Shown: positions 1 to 12,300 of the stretch, one piece after another
How positions within the stretch are numbered: position 1 is the stretch's first letter
Layout of the letters: every line of letters begins with the position of its first letter
Source: Balanoglossus misakiensis
Lineage: Eukaryota > Animalia > Hemichordata
Direction: 5' to 3'
Length of the DNA stretch: 64,000 nucleotides
NCBI GenBank assembly: GCA_040954595.2
Contig: CM082591.2
Coordinates: forward strand, 4,015,957 to 4,079,956
Translations under genes and position numbers: made by a program
Notes under the pieces: model-generated
Databases searched by the model: none
Told to the model about the DNA's origin: nothing
What the model saw: the letters and a program-made list of their open reading frames with translations, nothing else

Positions 1-789
1 CACAGCCACGACCGAATGGTGTACAACCGCGTCGACAAATGCGGCAGTAGAAGTCTGCTCTACACCATAGACGAGCTCACCGTAAAACACGGCTACAAGA
101 AAGTGACCAGCGAGGAATGGAACAAGAAAAATTTAACACAGGATGAGCAAAAAGAACTGGTGGATGAAATCAATGGTCTGACACCCCCCTTCATTTATGA
201 CAGACACGTGTACTACACGCCGTTCCAGAGATTCGGCTCCAAGAACCCAGTCTGGATCAACCTGATCAGAGACCCCCTGCGTCGATTCATCTCCCTCTAC
301 TACTTCAAGAGATTCGGCGACCCGCACACGGCGGCCGGCGAGTTCAACATGCCGGAAGAGATCATCAACCGCTCCTTCGACGACTGCGTGCTGAACAACA
401 TCTTCGAGTGCAGCACCAAGGCCAGCTTCCGGGTGGTGCCCTACTTCTGCGGCCACGGCGAGGGCTGCCGGATGCCCAACAAGTGGGCCGTGGAGCAGGC
501 CAAGAAGAACGTCGTTGAAAACTACGCCCTGGTGGGAATTCTAGAACACTTCAATTCGACCTTGCTGCTCTTAGACAAACTGGTCCCCCAGTACTTCGGA
601 GGAGCGATGGAAGCCTACCTGTCTGTCCAAAATACAGGCATCGTTGAAAAGTTCAAATCGATCAGTGGTAAACCCCCTGGGGAGGAAGCGATGGCGAAAA
701 TGAAGGAAAGACTGGCGCTGGAATATGACTTCTACAACTTTGTGGTGGCCAGGTTAGAGCACCTAAAGAAGCAGTTTAACATCGAGTAA
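1..789 (+). CDS. UST: Uronyl 2-O-sulfotransferase / HS2ST-like Golgi sulfotransferase (5'-partial; catalytic domain in one exon)
   Basis: The frame is open from base 1 (HSHDR-MVYNR...). 5'-PSB loop YNRVDKCGSRS (UST-type KCGSR), YDRHVY with the catalytic-His equivalent, 3'-PB IRDPLRRFISLYYFKRFGD, PYFCGH...C, and C-terminal LEYDFY. The N-terminal anchor lies outside the window. AATAAA at 1471, 1835 and 1954. Confidence 0.9.
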   Translation, partial: HSHDRMVYNRVDKCGSRSLLYTIDELTVKHGYKKVTSEEWNKKNLTQDEQKELVDEINGLTPPFIYDRHVYYTPFQRFGSKNPVWINLIRDPLRRFISLYYFKRFGDPHTAAGEFNMPEEIINRSFDDCVLNNIFECSTKASFRVVPYFCGHGEGCRMPNKWAVEQAKKNVVENYALVGILEHFNSTLLLLDKLVPQYFGGAMEAYLSVQNTGIVEKFKSISGKPPGEEAMAKMKERLALEYDFYNFVVARLEHLKKQFNIE

Positions 790-1834
790 TTTTAAGTGAA
801 ATGTAGACCAAAGATGTTGATTAACGACTATGTTGAATTCTAACAGCAACTTTCGAGTAAATTAAGCGAAATTCTCCAAAAAATGTTCAACTTTTTATAA
901 AATACGGATGCCCCGAAAGAATGAACAGTATAACAATTGTTAAACTTTTACTATCAACCCATCCTATAAGTAAAACAACTGGTCTTATCGGGTGCTGGCC
1001 ACTAACTCTTTCGTGGTCTTGAGGATTCTGACAGCAATATCAACATATTTGGCAAATTTCCTGTTGGACCGTGATCCTATTTTGCCTTGTTTTTAAAAAC
1101 TCAATGATATTTGATATTCCCCGCTACATGCCCGGGTAGTATTTGAGGGCGAGAGTTAACAATTCCAAAATTGGAGACCAGAATCTGGGTAGTAAATCTT
1201 GTAAATACATTTTTTTTTCTCATACTCATTTTACATATTGCCTGAAATCTTTCCTGTCAATCTTACATGTCACGCCAGTCTGGTAACGGTTTGTCTGACT
1301 TGTGGAGAAAAGGCAGCCATAGTAGATCTGGCGGCCATATTGAAAAGTTCGTACTGTACGTCATTGCCAACCCTTTGCTGCAAATGACACTGTTCTGTGA
1401 TATACATGTATAGCGTTTATGTCTTTTGTCATGGTGGGGGTGTGGTAATCGGCTTAAGCCACTTCAGTAGAATAAACTGGCCACGTGGGCAAATCACTGA
1501 CTTGGCCTACGAAACATGGTGCTCTCACAAAAATCGCTTTCAATAGTACAACTATGTGGTAAACATCTATATTTATTATAAGGGTTAATTACTTTAGTAA
1601 TTGTGATGAAGTAGTAATGATACATGTTCAAAATCATTAGTTGGAGCTTAATTTCACGACGTGGAAGTCGATGACTGGGTTACAAGCAGTCACGTATACG
1701 CAAATCAACCATGCAGATGTTGTAACAGTGTACAGAAACTGTATATATATCTGATAGTTAGGTTTGTGTTACTTAATTTTGTTAGCATGTACTCACCGAT
1801 CATATTTGTAGTGGAGACGTCTTACAAATGTCAA

Positions 1835-1840
1835 AATAAA
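1835..1840 (+). terminator. Probable polyadenylation signal of the first UST-like gene
   Basis: AATAAA ~1 kb after the stop codon, followed by GT/T-rich sequence; alternative signals at 1471 and 1954. Confidence 0.45.
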
Positions 1841-2250
1841 TGAAAACCAATGTCAAAAGTTAGTGACTTTGTCTCTATACTTTTCATAACTACATGATTT
1901 CACCACTTCGTCTTTTCATTCTCACAATCGTGTCATTTTAACGTTTCTTAGTCAATAAACGCTTTCATGTTCTATCATGCCAATGTACTTGTCAACCTGT
2001 GTTTCCCAATTCCGCGGGATGCACGACACGTTAACATGATATTTTTGACACAAGCGTACCATCTGTTGCCATTTAATCCTCTTAAATTTGGCAACTGATT
2101 TTTTTCTTTTTGTCAAATGATTTATTTCTATTTAATCAACGGAGCTGATGCTGAGTATCGACGTGTCCCGCTCATCAACGATTTCATCATCTTTCCCCCA
2201 AAGGGTAGCACATCAAAGATGTCCAAAAATGACAAAACACCCAAATTCAC

Positions 2251-5200
2251 AAAGTCGAAAAATTGTCATTTTTGGATGATTTTCATGAGCTATAACCCAT
2301 GGTTTTTTCAAAAAAATGAAGAAATTTTGATATTTCGCAAAGTCGAAAAATTGTCATTTTTGGATGATTTTCATGAGCTATAACCCATGTTTTTTTCAAA
2401 AAAATGAAGAAATTTTGATATTTCGCAAAGTCGAAAAATTGTCATTTTTGGATGATTTTCATGAGCTATAACCCATGGTTTTTTCAAAAAAATGAAGAAA
2501 TTTTGATATTTCGCAAAGTCGAAAAATTGTCATTTTCGGATGATTTTCATGAGCTATAACCCATGGTTTTTTCAAAAAAATGAAGAAATTTTGATATTTC
2601 GCAAAGTCGAAAAATTGTCATTTTTGGATGATTTTCATGAGCTATAACCCATGGTTTTTTCAAAAAAATGAAGAAATTTTGATATTTCGCAAAGTCGAAA
2701 AATTGTCATTTTTGGATGATTTTCATGAGCTATAACCCATGGTTTTTTCAAAAAAATGAAGAAATTTTGATATTTCGCAAAGTCGAAAAATTGTCATTTT
2801 TGGATGATTTTCATGAGCTATAACCCATGTTTTTTTCAAAAAAATGAAGAAATTTTGATATTTCGCAAAGTCGAAAAATTGTCATTTTTGGATGATTTTC
2901 ATGAGCTATAACCCATGGTTTTTTCAAAAAAATGAAGAAATTTTGATATTTCGCAAAGTCGAAAAATTGTCATTTTTGGATGATTTTCATGAGCTATAAC
3001 CCATGGTTTTTTCAAAAAAATGAAGAAATTTTGATATTTCGCAAAGTCGAAAAATTGTCATTTTCGGATGATTTTCATGAGCTATAACCCATGGTTTTTT
3101 CAAAAAAATGAAGAAATTTTGATATTTCGCAAAGTCGAAAAATTGTCATTTTTGGATGATTTTCATGAGCTATAACCCATGGTTTTTTCAAAAAAATGAA
3201 GAAATTTTGATATTTCGCAAAGTCGAAAAATTGTCATTTTTGGATGATTTTCATGAGCTATAACCCATGGTTTTTGCAAAAAAATGAAGAAATTTTGATA
3301 TTTCGCAAAGTCGAAAAATTGTCATTTTGGGATGATTTTCATGAGCTATAACCAATGGTTTTTTAAAAAAAATGAAGAAATTTTGATATTTCGCAAAGTC
3401 GAAAAATTGTCATTTTCGGATGATTTTCATGAGCTATAACCCATGGTTTTTTCAAAAAAATGAAGAAATTTTGATATTTCGCAAAGTCGAAAAATTGTCA
3501 TTTTCGGATGATTTTCATGAGCTATAACCCATGGTTTTTGCAAAAAAATGAAGAAATTTTGATATTTCGCAAAGTCGAAAAATTGTCATTTTTGGATGAT
3601 TTTCATGAGCTATAACCCATGGTTTTTTCAAAAAAATGAAGAAATTTTGATATTTCGCAAAGTCGAAAAATTGTCATTTTCGGATGATTTTCATGAGCTA
3701 TAACCCATGGTTTTTTCAAAAAAATGAAGAAATTTTGATATTTCGCAAAGTCGAAAAATTGTCATTTTTGGATGATTTTCATGAGCTATAACCCATGGTT
3801 TTTTCAAAAAAATGAAGAAATTTTGATATTTCGCAAAGTCGAAAAATTGTCATTTTTGGATGATTTTCATGAGCTATAACCCATGGTTTTTTCAAAAAAA
3901 TGAAGAAATTTTGATATTTCGCAAAGTCGAAAAATTGTCATTTTTGGATGATTTTCATGAGCTATAACCCATGTTTTTTTCAAAAAAATGAAGAAATTTT
4001 GATATTTCGCAAAGTCGAAAAATTGTCATTTTTGGATGATTTTCATGAGCTATAACCCATGGTTTTTTCAAAAAAATGAAGAAATTTTGATATTTCGCAA
4101 AGTCGAAAAATTGTCATTTTTGGATGATTTTCATGAGCTATAACCCATGGTTTTTTCAAAAAAATGAAGAAATTTTGATATTTCGCAAAGTCGAAAAATT
4201 GTCATTTTCGGATGATTTTCATGAGCTATAACCCATGGTTTTTTCAAAAAAATGAAGAAATTTTGATATTTCGCAAAGTCGAAAAATTGTCATTTTTGGA
4301 TGATTTTCATGAGCTATAACCCATGGTTTTTTCAAAAAAATGAAGAAATTTTGATATTTCGCAAAGTCGAAAAATTGTCATTTTTGGATGATTTTCATGA
4401 GCTATAACCCATGGTTTTTGCAAAAAAATGAAGAAATTTTGATATTTCGCAAAGTCGAAAAATTGTCATTTTTGGATGATTTTCATGAGCTATAACCCAT
4501 GGTTTTTGCAAAAAAATGAAGAAATTTTGATATTTCGCAAAGTCGAAAAATTGTCATTTTTGGATGATTTTCATGAGCTATAACCCATGGTTTTTGCAAA
4601 AAAATGAAGAAATTTTGATATTTCGCAAAGTCGAAAAATTGTCATTTTTGGATGATTTTCATGAGCTATAACCCATGGTTTTTGCAAAAAAATGAAGAAA
4701 TTTTGATATTTCGCAAAGTCGAAAAATGGTCATTTTTGGATGATTTTCATGAGCTATAACCCATGGTTTTTTCAAAAAAATGAAGAAATTTTGATATTTC
4801 GCAAAGTCGAAAAATTGTCATTTTTGGATGATTTTCATGAGCTATAACCAATGGTTTTTTCAAAAAAATGAAGAAATTTTGATATTTCGCAAAGTCGAAA
4901 AATTGTCATTTTCGGATGATTTTCATGAGCTATAACCCATGGTTTTTTCAAAAAAATGAAGAAATTTTGATATTTCGCAAAGTCGAAAAATTGTCATTTT
5001 CGGATGATTTTCATGAGCTATAACCCATGGTTTTTTCAAAAAAATGAAGAAATTTTGATATTTCGCAAAGTCGAAAAATTGTCATTTTTGGATGATTTTC
5101 ATGAGCTATAACCCATGGTTTTTTCAAAAAAATGAAGAAATTTTGATATTTCGCAAAGTCGAAAAATTGTCATTTTCGGATGATTTTCATGAGCTATAAC

Positions 5201-5998
5201 CCATGGTTTTTTCAAAAAAATGAAGAAATTTTGATATTTCGCAAAGTCGAAAAATTGTCATTTTTGGATGATTTTCATGAGCTATAACCCATGGTTTTTT
5301 CAAAAAAATGAAGAAATTTTGATATTTCGCAAAGTCGAAAAATTGTCATTTTTGGATGATTTTCATGAGCTATAACCCATGGTTTTTTCAAAAAAATGAA
5401 GAAATTTTGATATTTCGCAAAGTCGAAAAATTGTCATTTTTGGATGATTTTCATGAGCTATAACCCATGGTTTTTTCAAAAAAATGAAGAAATTTTGATA
5501 TTTCGCAAAGTCGAAAAATTGTCATTTTTGGATGATTTTCATGAGCTATAACCCATGGTTTTTTCAAAAAAATGAAGAAATTTTGATATTTCGCTAAGTC
5601 GAAAAATTGTCATTTTTGGATGATTTTCATGAGCTATAACCCATGGTTTTTTCAAAAAAATGAAGAAATTTTGATATTTCGCAAAGTCGATAAATTGTCA
5701 TTTTTGGATGATTTTCATGAGCTATAACCCATGGTTTTTTCAAAAAAATGAAGAAATTTTGATATTTCGCAAAGTCGAAAAATTGTCATTTTTGGATGAT
5801 TTTCATGAGCTATAACCCATGGTTTTTTCAAAAAAATGAAGAAATTTTGATATTTCGCAAAGTCGATAAATTGTCATTTTTGGATGATTTTCATGAGCTA
5901 TAACCCATGGTTTTTTCAAAAAAATGAAGAAATTTTGATATTTCGCAAAGTCGAAAAATTGTCATTTTTGGATGATTTTCATGAGCTATAACCCATGG
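2251..5998. repeat. 88-bp AT-rich satellite, block 1 (~42.5 copies)
   Basis: Unit AAGTCGAAAAATTGTCATTTTTGGATGATTTTCATGAGCTATAACCCATGGTTTTTTCAAAAAAATGAAGAAATTTTGATATTTCGCA. Period measured directly (AGTCG at 2341 and 2429). Copies are near-identical. Confidence 0.98.
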
Positions 5999-6152
5999 AG
6001 TGCTCAGGAGAGAGAAAGATAAACTCGATAAAACCGTGTCTTTCCGTTCGCATGACCAACCATGGAGCGAAAAAGTCGTTATTTGGGCCGTAATAAACCG
6101 TTTTTGTCGTCGAGGAGTGAATAAAGAACGGTCAGATCGTTGCTGGCAGAAC

Positions 6153-6234
6153 TCTTATTCGCACCGCTGCGGTGAACTCTTATTTGCACCGCTGCGGTGC
6201 AAATAAGAATTTGCCCGCTGCGGTGCAAATAAGA
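6153..6234. repeat. 82-bp compound palindrome (three CCGCTGCGG cores), present in every 553-bp unit; copy 1 shown
   Basis: Perfect 15-bp arms TCTTATTTGCACCGC-T-GCGGTGCAAATAAGA at 6178-6208, extended by imperfect arms to ~40 bp on each side. Confidence 0.95.
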
Positions 6235-6290
6235 TCATGGTAGTTAGTGTATGCTGCAATATAGTGCGTAAATTTCCGACTGTTTCTAGT

Positions 6291-6375
6291 ACACATCGTG
6301 ATGGCGAAGGGTTCAGGAAGGCTAGGCTTTTACCTGAAGGTGTCAACTGATGTTGGTTCGAGACCACTTTTTTTT
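6291..6375 (+). ncRNA. Putative Pol III (type-2 promoter) tRNA-like small RNA unit; copy 1 of 14 (last copy about 13480-13564)
   Basis: A-box-like TGGCGAAGGG(G/T)T at 6302, B box GGTTCGAGACC at 6355-6365, T8 run at 6368-6375 and a second T-run just downstream. TAGG-CTTTTA-CCTG resembles a tRNA-Lys(UUU) anticodon arm. There is no 3' acceptor strand, so it is not a functional tRNA. Transcription is inferred, not shown. Confidence 0.55.
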
Positions 6376-9300
6376 CTAGTTCTTTTTTTTTTGAGAACTT
6401 TTAACGACATTATCATTGTAATTTTTATCATTTTCATAAATCCAATTCGTTTCAATATCTACGCTGCGTTTTTTATCTGTCGGGTATATGAAACATGCAG
6501 GGAAACTTGGTCATTTTTTTTGTCGCTGTTCACTTGGGCAAGTCTGAATACGGAGTGCTCAGGAGAGAGAAAGATAAACTCGCTAAAACCGTGTCTTTCC
6601 GTCCGCATGACCTACCAAGGAGCGAAAAAGTCGTTATTTGGGCCGTAATAAAACGTTTTTGTCGTCGAGGAGTGAATAAAGAACGGTCAGATCGTTGCTG
6701 GCAGAACTCTTATTCGCACCGCTGCGGTGAACTCTTATTTGCACCGCTGCGGTGCAAATAAGAATTTGCCCGCTGCGGTGCAAATAAGATCATGGTAGTT
6801 AGTGTATGCTGCAATATAGTGCGTAAATTTCCGACTGTTTCTAGTACACATCGTGATGGCGAAGGGGTCAGGAAGGCTAGGCTTTTACCTGAAGGTGTCA
6901 ACTGATGTTGGTTCGAGACCACTTTTTTTTCTATTTCTTTTTTTTGAGAACTTTTAACGACATTATCATTGTAATTTTTATCATTTTCATAAATCCAATT
7001 CATTTCAATATCTACGCTGCGTTTTTTATCTGTCGGGTATAAGAAACATGCAGGGAAACTTGGTCATTTTTTTGTCGCGGTTCACTTGGGCAAGTCTGAA
7101 TACGGAGTGCTCAGGAGAGAGAAAGATAAACTCGCTAAAACCGTGTCTTTCCGTCCGCATGACCAACCAAGGAGCGAAAAAGTCGTTATTTGGGCCGTAA
7201 TAAAACGTTTTTGTCGTCGAGGAGTGAATAAAGAACGGTCAGATCGTTGCTGGTAGAACTCTTATTCGCACCGCTGCGGTGAACTCTTATTTGCACCGCT
7301 GCGGTGCAAATAAGAATTTGCCCGCTGCGGTGCAAATAAGATCATGGTAGTTAGTGTATGCTGCAATATAGTGCGTAAATTTCCGACTGTTTCTAGTACA
7401 CATCGTGATGGCGAAGGGGTCAGGAAGGCTAGGCTTTTACCTGAAGGTGTCAACTGATGTTGGTTCGAGACCACTTTTTTTTCTATTTCTTTTTTTTGAG
7501 AACTTTTAACGACATTATCATTGTAATTTTTATCATTTTCATAAATCCAATTCATTTCAATATCTACGCTGCGTTTTTTATCTGTCGGGTATATGAAACA
7601 TGCAGGGAAACTTGGTCATTTTATTGTCGCGGTTCACTTGGGCAAGTCTGAATACGGAGTGCTCAGGAGAGAGAAAGATAAACTCGCTAAAACCGTGTCT
7701 TTCCGTCCGCATGACCAACAAAGGAGCGAAAAAGTCGTTATTTGGGCCGTAATAAAACGTTTTTGTCGTCGAGGAGTGAATAAAGAACGGTCAGATCGTT
7801 GCTGGCAGAACTCTTATTCGCACCGCTGCGGTGAACTCTTATTTGCACCGCTGCGGTGCAAATAAGAATTTGCCCGCTGCGGTGCAAATAAGATCATGGT
7901 AGTTAGTGTATGCTGCAATATAGTGCGTAAATTTCCGACTGTTTCTAGTACACATCGTGATGGCGAAGGGGTCAGGAAGGCTAGGCTTTTACCTGAAGGT
8001 GTCAACTGATGTTGGTTCGAGACCACTTTTTTTTCTATTTCTTTTTTTTGAGAACTTTTAACGACATTATCATTGTAATTTTTATCATTTTCATAAATCC
8101 AATTCATTTCAATATCTACGCTGCGTTTTTTATCTGTCGGGTATATGAAACATGCAGGGAAACTTGGTCATTTTTTTTGTCGCTGTTCACTTGGGCAAGT
8201 CTGAATACGGAGTGCTCAGGAGAGAGAAAGATAAACTCGCTAAAACCGTGTCTTTCCGTCCGCATGACCAACCAAGGAGCGAAAAAGTCGTTATTTGGGC
8301 CGTAATAAAACGTTTTTGTCGTCGAGGAGTGAATAAAGAACGGTCAGATCGTTGCTGGCAGAACTCTTATTCGCACCGCTGCGGTGAACTCTTATTTGCA
8401 CCGCTGCGGTGCAAATAAGAATTTGCCCGCTGCGGTGCAAATAAGATCATGGTAGTTAGTGTATGCTGCAATATAGTGCGTAAATTTCCGACTGTTTCTA
8501 GTACACATCGTGATGGCGAAGGGGTCAGGAAGGCTAGGCTTTTACCTGAAGGTGTCAACTGATGTTGGTTCGAGACCACTTTTTTTTCTATTTCTTTTTT
8601 TTTTGGGAAATTTTAACGACATTATCATTGTAATTTTTATCATTTTCATAAATCCAATTCATTTCAATATCTACGCTGCGTTTTTTATCTGTCGGGTATA
8701 TGAAACATGTAGGGAAACTTGGTCATTTTTTTGTCGCTGTTCACTTGGGCAAGTCTGAATACGGAGTGCTCAGGAGAGAGAAAGATAAACTCGCTAAAAA
8801 CCGTGTCTTTCCGTCCGCATGACCAACCAAGGAGCGAAAAAGTCGTTATTTGGGCCGTAATAAAACGTTTTTGTCGTCGAGGAGTGAATAAAGAACGGTC
8901 AGATCGTTGCTGGCAGAACTCTTATTCGCACCGCTGCGGTGAACTCTTATTTGCACCGCTGCGGTGCAAATAAGAATTTGCCCGCTGCGGTGCAAATAAG
9001 ATCATGGTAGTTAGTGTATGCTGCAATATAGTGCGTAAATTTCCGACTGTTTCTAGTACACATCGTGATGGCGAAGGGGTCAGGAAGGCTAGGCTTTTAC
9101 CTGAAGGTGTCAACTGATGTTGGTTCGAGACCACTTTTTTTTCTATTTCTTTTTTTTGAGAACTTTTAACGACATTATCATTGTAATTTTTATCATTTTC
9201 ATAAATCCAATTCATTTCAATATCTACGCTGCGTTTTTTATCTGTCGGGTATATGAAACATGCAGGGAAACTTGGTCATTTTTTGTCGCGGTTCACTTGG

Positions 9301-12300
9301 GCAAGTCTGAATACGGAGTGCTCAGGAGAGAGAAAGACAAACTCGCTAAAACCGTGTCTTTCCGTCCGCATGACCAACAAAGGAGCGAAAAAGTCGTTAT
9401 TTGGGCCGTAATAAAACGTTTTTGTCGTCGAGGAGTGAATAAAGAACGGTCAGATCGTTGCTGGCAGAACTCTTATTCGCACCGCTGCGGTGAACTCTTA
9501 TTTGCACCGCTGCGGTGCAAATAAGAATTTGCCCGCTGCGGTGCAAATAAGATCATGGTAGTTAGTGTATGCTGCAATATAGTGCGTAAATTTCCGACTG
9601 TTTCTAGTACACATCGTGATGGCGAAGGGGTCAGGAAGGCTAGGCTTTTACCTGAAGGTGTCAACTGATGTTGGTTCGAGACCACTTTTTTTTCTATTTC
9701 TTTTTTTTGAGAACTTTTAACGACATTATCATTGTAATTTTTATCATTTTCATAAATCCAATTCATTTCAATATCTACGCTGCGTTTTTTATCTGTCGGG
9801 TATATGAAACATGCAGGGAAACTTGGTCATTTTTTTTGTCGCTGTTCACTTGGGCAAGTCTGAATACGGAGTGCTCAGGAGAGAGAAAGATAAACTCGCT
9901 AAAACCGTGTCTTTCCGTCCGCATGACCAACCAAGGAGCGAAAAAGTCGTTATTTGGGCCGTAATAAAACGTTTTTGTCGTCGAGGAGTGAATAAAGAAC
10001 GGTCAGATCGTTGCTGGCAGAACTCTTATTCGCACCGCTGCGGTGAACTCTTATTTGCACCGCTGCGGTGCAAATAAGAATTTGCCCGCTGCGGTGCAAA
10101 TAAGATCATGGTAGTTAGTGTATGCTGCAATATAGTGCGTAAATTTCCGACTGTTTCTAGTACACATCGTGATGGCGAAGGGGTCAGGAAGGCTAGGCTT
10201 TTACCTGAAGGTGTCAACTGATGTTGGTTCGAGACCACTTTTTTTTCTATTTCTTTTTTTTGAGAACTTTTAACGACATTATCATTGTAATTTTTATCAT
10301 TTTCATAAATCCAATTCATTTCAATATCTACGCTGCGTTTTTTATCTGTCGGGTATATGAAACATGCAGGGAAACTTGGTCATTTTTTTTGTCGCTGTTC
10401 ACTTGGGCAAGTCTGAATACGGAGTGCTCAGGAGAGAGAAAGATAAACTCGCTAAAAACCGTGTCTTTCCGTCCGCATGACCAACCAAGGAGCGAAAAAG
10501 TCGTTATTTGGGCCGTAATAAAACGTTTTTGTCGTCGAGGAGTGAATAAAGAACGGTCAGATCGTTGCTGGCAGAACTCTTATTCGCACCGCTGCGGTGA
10601 ACTCTTATTTGCACCGCTGCGGTGCAAATAAGAATTTGCCCGCTGCGGTGCAAATAAGATCATGGTAGTTAGTGTATGCTGCAATATAGTGCGTAAATTT
10701 CCGACTGTTTCTAGTACACATCGTGATGGCGAAGGGGTCAGGAAGGCTAGGCTTTTACCTGAAGGTGTCAACTGATGTTGGTTCGAGACCACTTTTTTTT
10801 CTATTTCTTTTTTTTGAGAACTTTTAACGACATTATCATTGTAATTTTTATCATTTTCATAAATCCAATTCATTTCAATATCTACGCTGCGTTTTTTATC
10901 TGTCGGGTATATGAAACATGCAGGGAAACTTGGTCATTTTTTGTCGCGGTTCACTTGGGCAAGTCTGAATACGGAGTGCTCAGGAGAGAGAAAGACAAAC
11001 TCGCTAAAACCGTGTCTTTCCGTCCGCATGACCAACAAAGGAGCGAAAAAGTCGTTATTTGGGCCGTAATAAAACGTTTTTGTCGTCGAGGAGTGAATAA
11101 AGAACGGTCAGATCGTTGCTGGCAGAACTCTTATTCGCACCGCTGCGGTGAACTCTTATTTGCACCGCTGCGGTGCAAATAAGAATTTGCCCGCTGCGGT
11201 GCAAATAAGATCATGGTAGTTAGTGTATGCTGCAATATAGTGCGTAAATTTCCGACTGTTTCTAGTACACATCGTGATGGCGAAGGGGTCAGGAAGGCTA
11301 GGCTTTTACCTGAAGGTGTCAACTGATGTTGGTTCGAGACCACTTTTTTTTCTATTTCTTTTTTTTGAGAACTTTTAACGACATTATCATTGTAATTTTT
11401 ATCATTTTCATAAATCCAATTCATTTCAATATCTACGCTGCGTTTTTTATCTGTCGGGTATATGAAACATGCAGGGAAACTTGGTCATTTTTTTTGTCGC
11501 TGTTCACTTGGGCAAGTCTGAATACGGAGTGCTCAGGAGAGAGAAAGATAAACTCGCTAAAACCGTGTCTTTCCGTCCGCATGACCAACCAAGGAGCGAA
11601 AAAGTCGTTATTTGGGCCGTAATAAAACGTTTTTGTCGTCGAGGAGTGAATAAAGAACGGTCAGATCGTTGCTGGCAGAACTCTTATTCGCACCGCTGCG
11701 GTGAACTCTTATTTGCACCGCTGCGGTGCAAATAAGAATTTGCCCGCTGCGGTGCAAATAAGATCATGGTAGTTAGTGTATGCTGCAATATAGTGCGTAA
11801 ATTTCCGACTGTTTCTAGTACACATCGTGATGGCGAAGGGGTCAGGAAGGCTAGGCTTTTACCTGAAGGTGTCAACTGATGTTGGTTCGAGACCACTTTT
11901 TTTTCTATTTCTTTTTTTTGAGAACTTTTAACGACATTATCATTGTAATTTTTATCATTTTCATAAATCCAATTCATTTCAATATCTACGCTGCGTTTTT
12001 TATCTGTCGGGTATATGAAACATGCAGGGAAACTTGGTCATTTTTTTTGTCGCTGTTCACTTGGGCAAGTCTGAATACGGAGTGCTCAGGAGAGAGAAAG
12101 ATAAACTCGCTAAAACCGTGTCTTTCCGTCCGCATGACCAACCAAGGAGCGAAAAAGTCGTTATTTGGGCCGTAATAAAACGTTTTTGTCGTCGAGGAGT
12201 GAATAAAGAACGGTCAGATCGTTGCTGGCAGAACTCTTATTCGCACCGCTGCGGTGAACTCTTATTTGCACCGCTGCGGTGCAAATAAGAATTTGCCCGC

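Noticed and set aside
6345-6372. Hammerhead ribozyme / retrozyme (CTGATG followed by a stem-loop)
   Set aside because: The core would need CUGANGA and GAAA after stem II; the sequence reads CTGATGT and CTTT, and I saw no match on the opposite strand.
6291-6375. Functional tRNA-Lys gene
   Set aside because: No 3' acceptor strand, a 6-nt anticodon loop, a poor D stem, and the terminator directly follows the T arm; kept only as a tRNA-like Pol III candidate.
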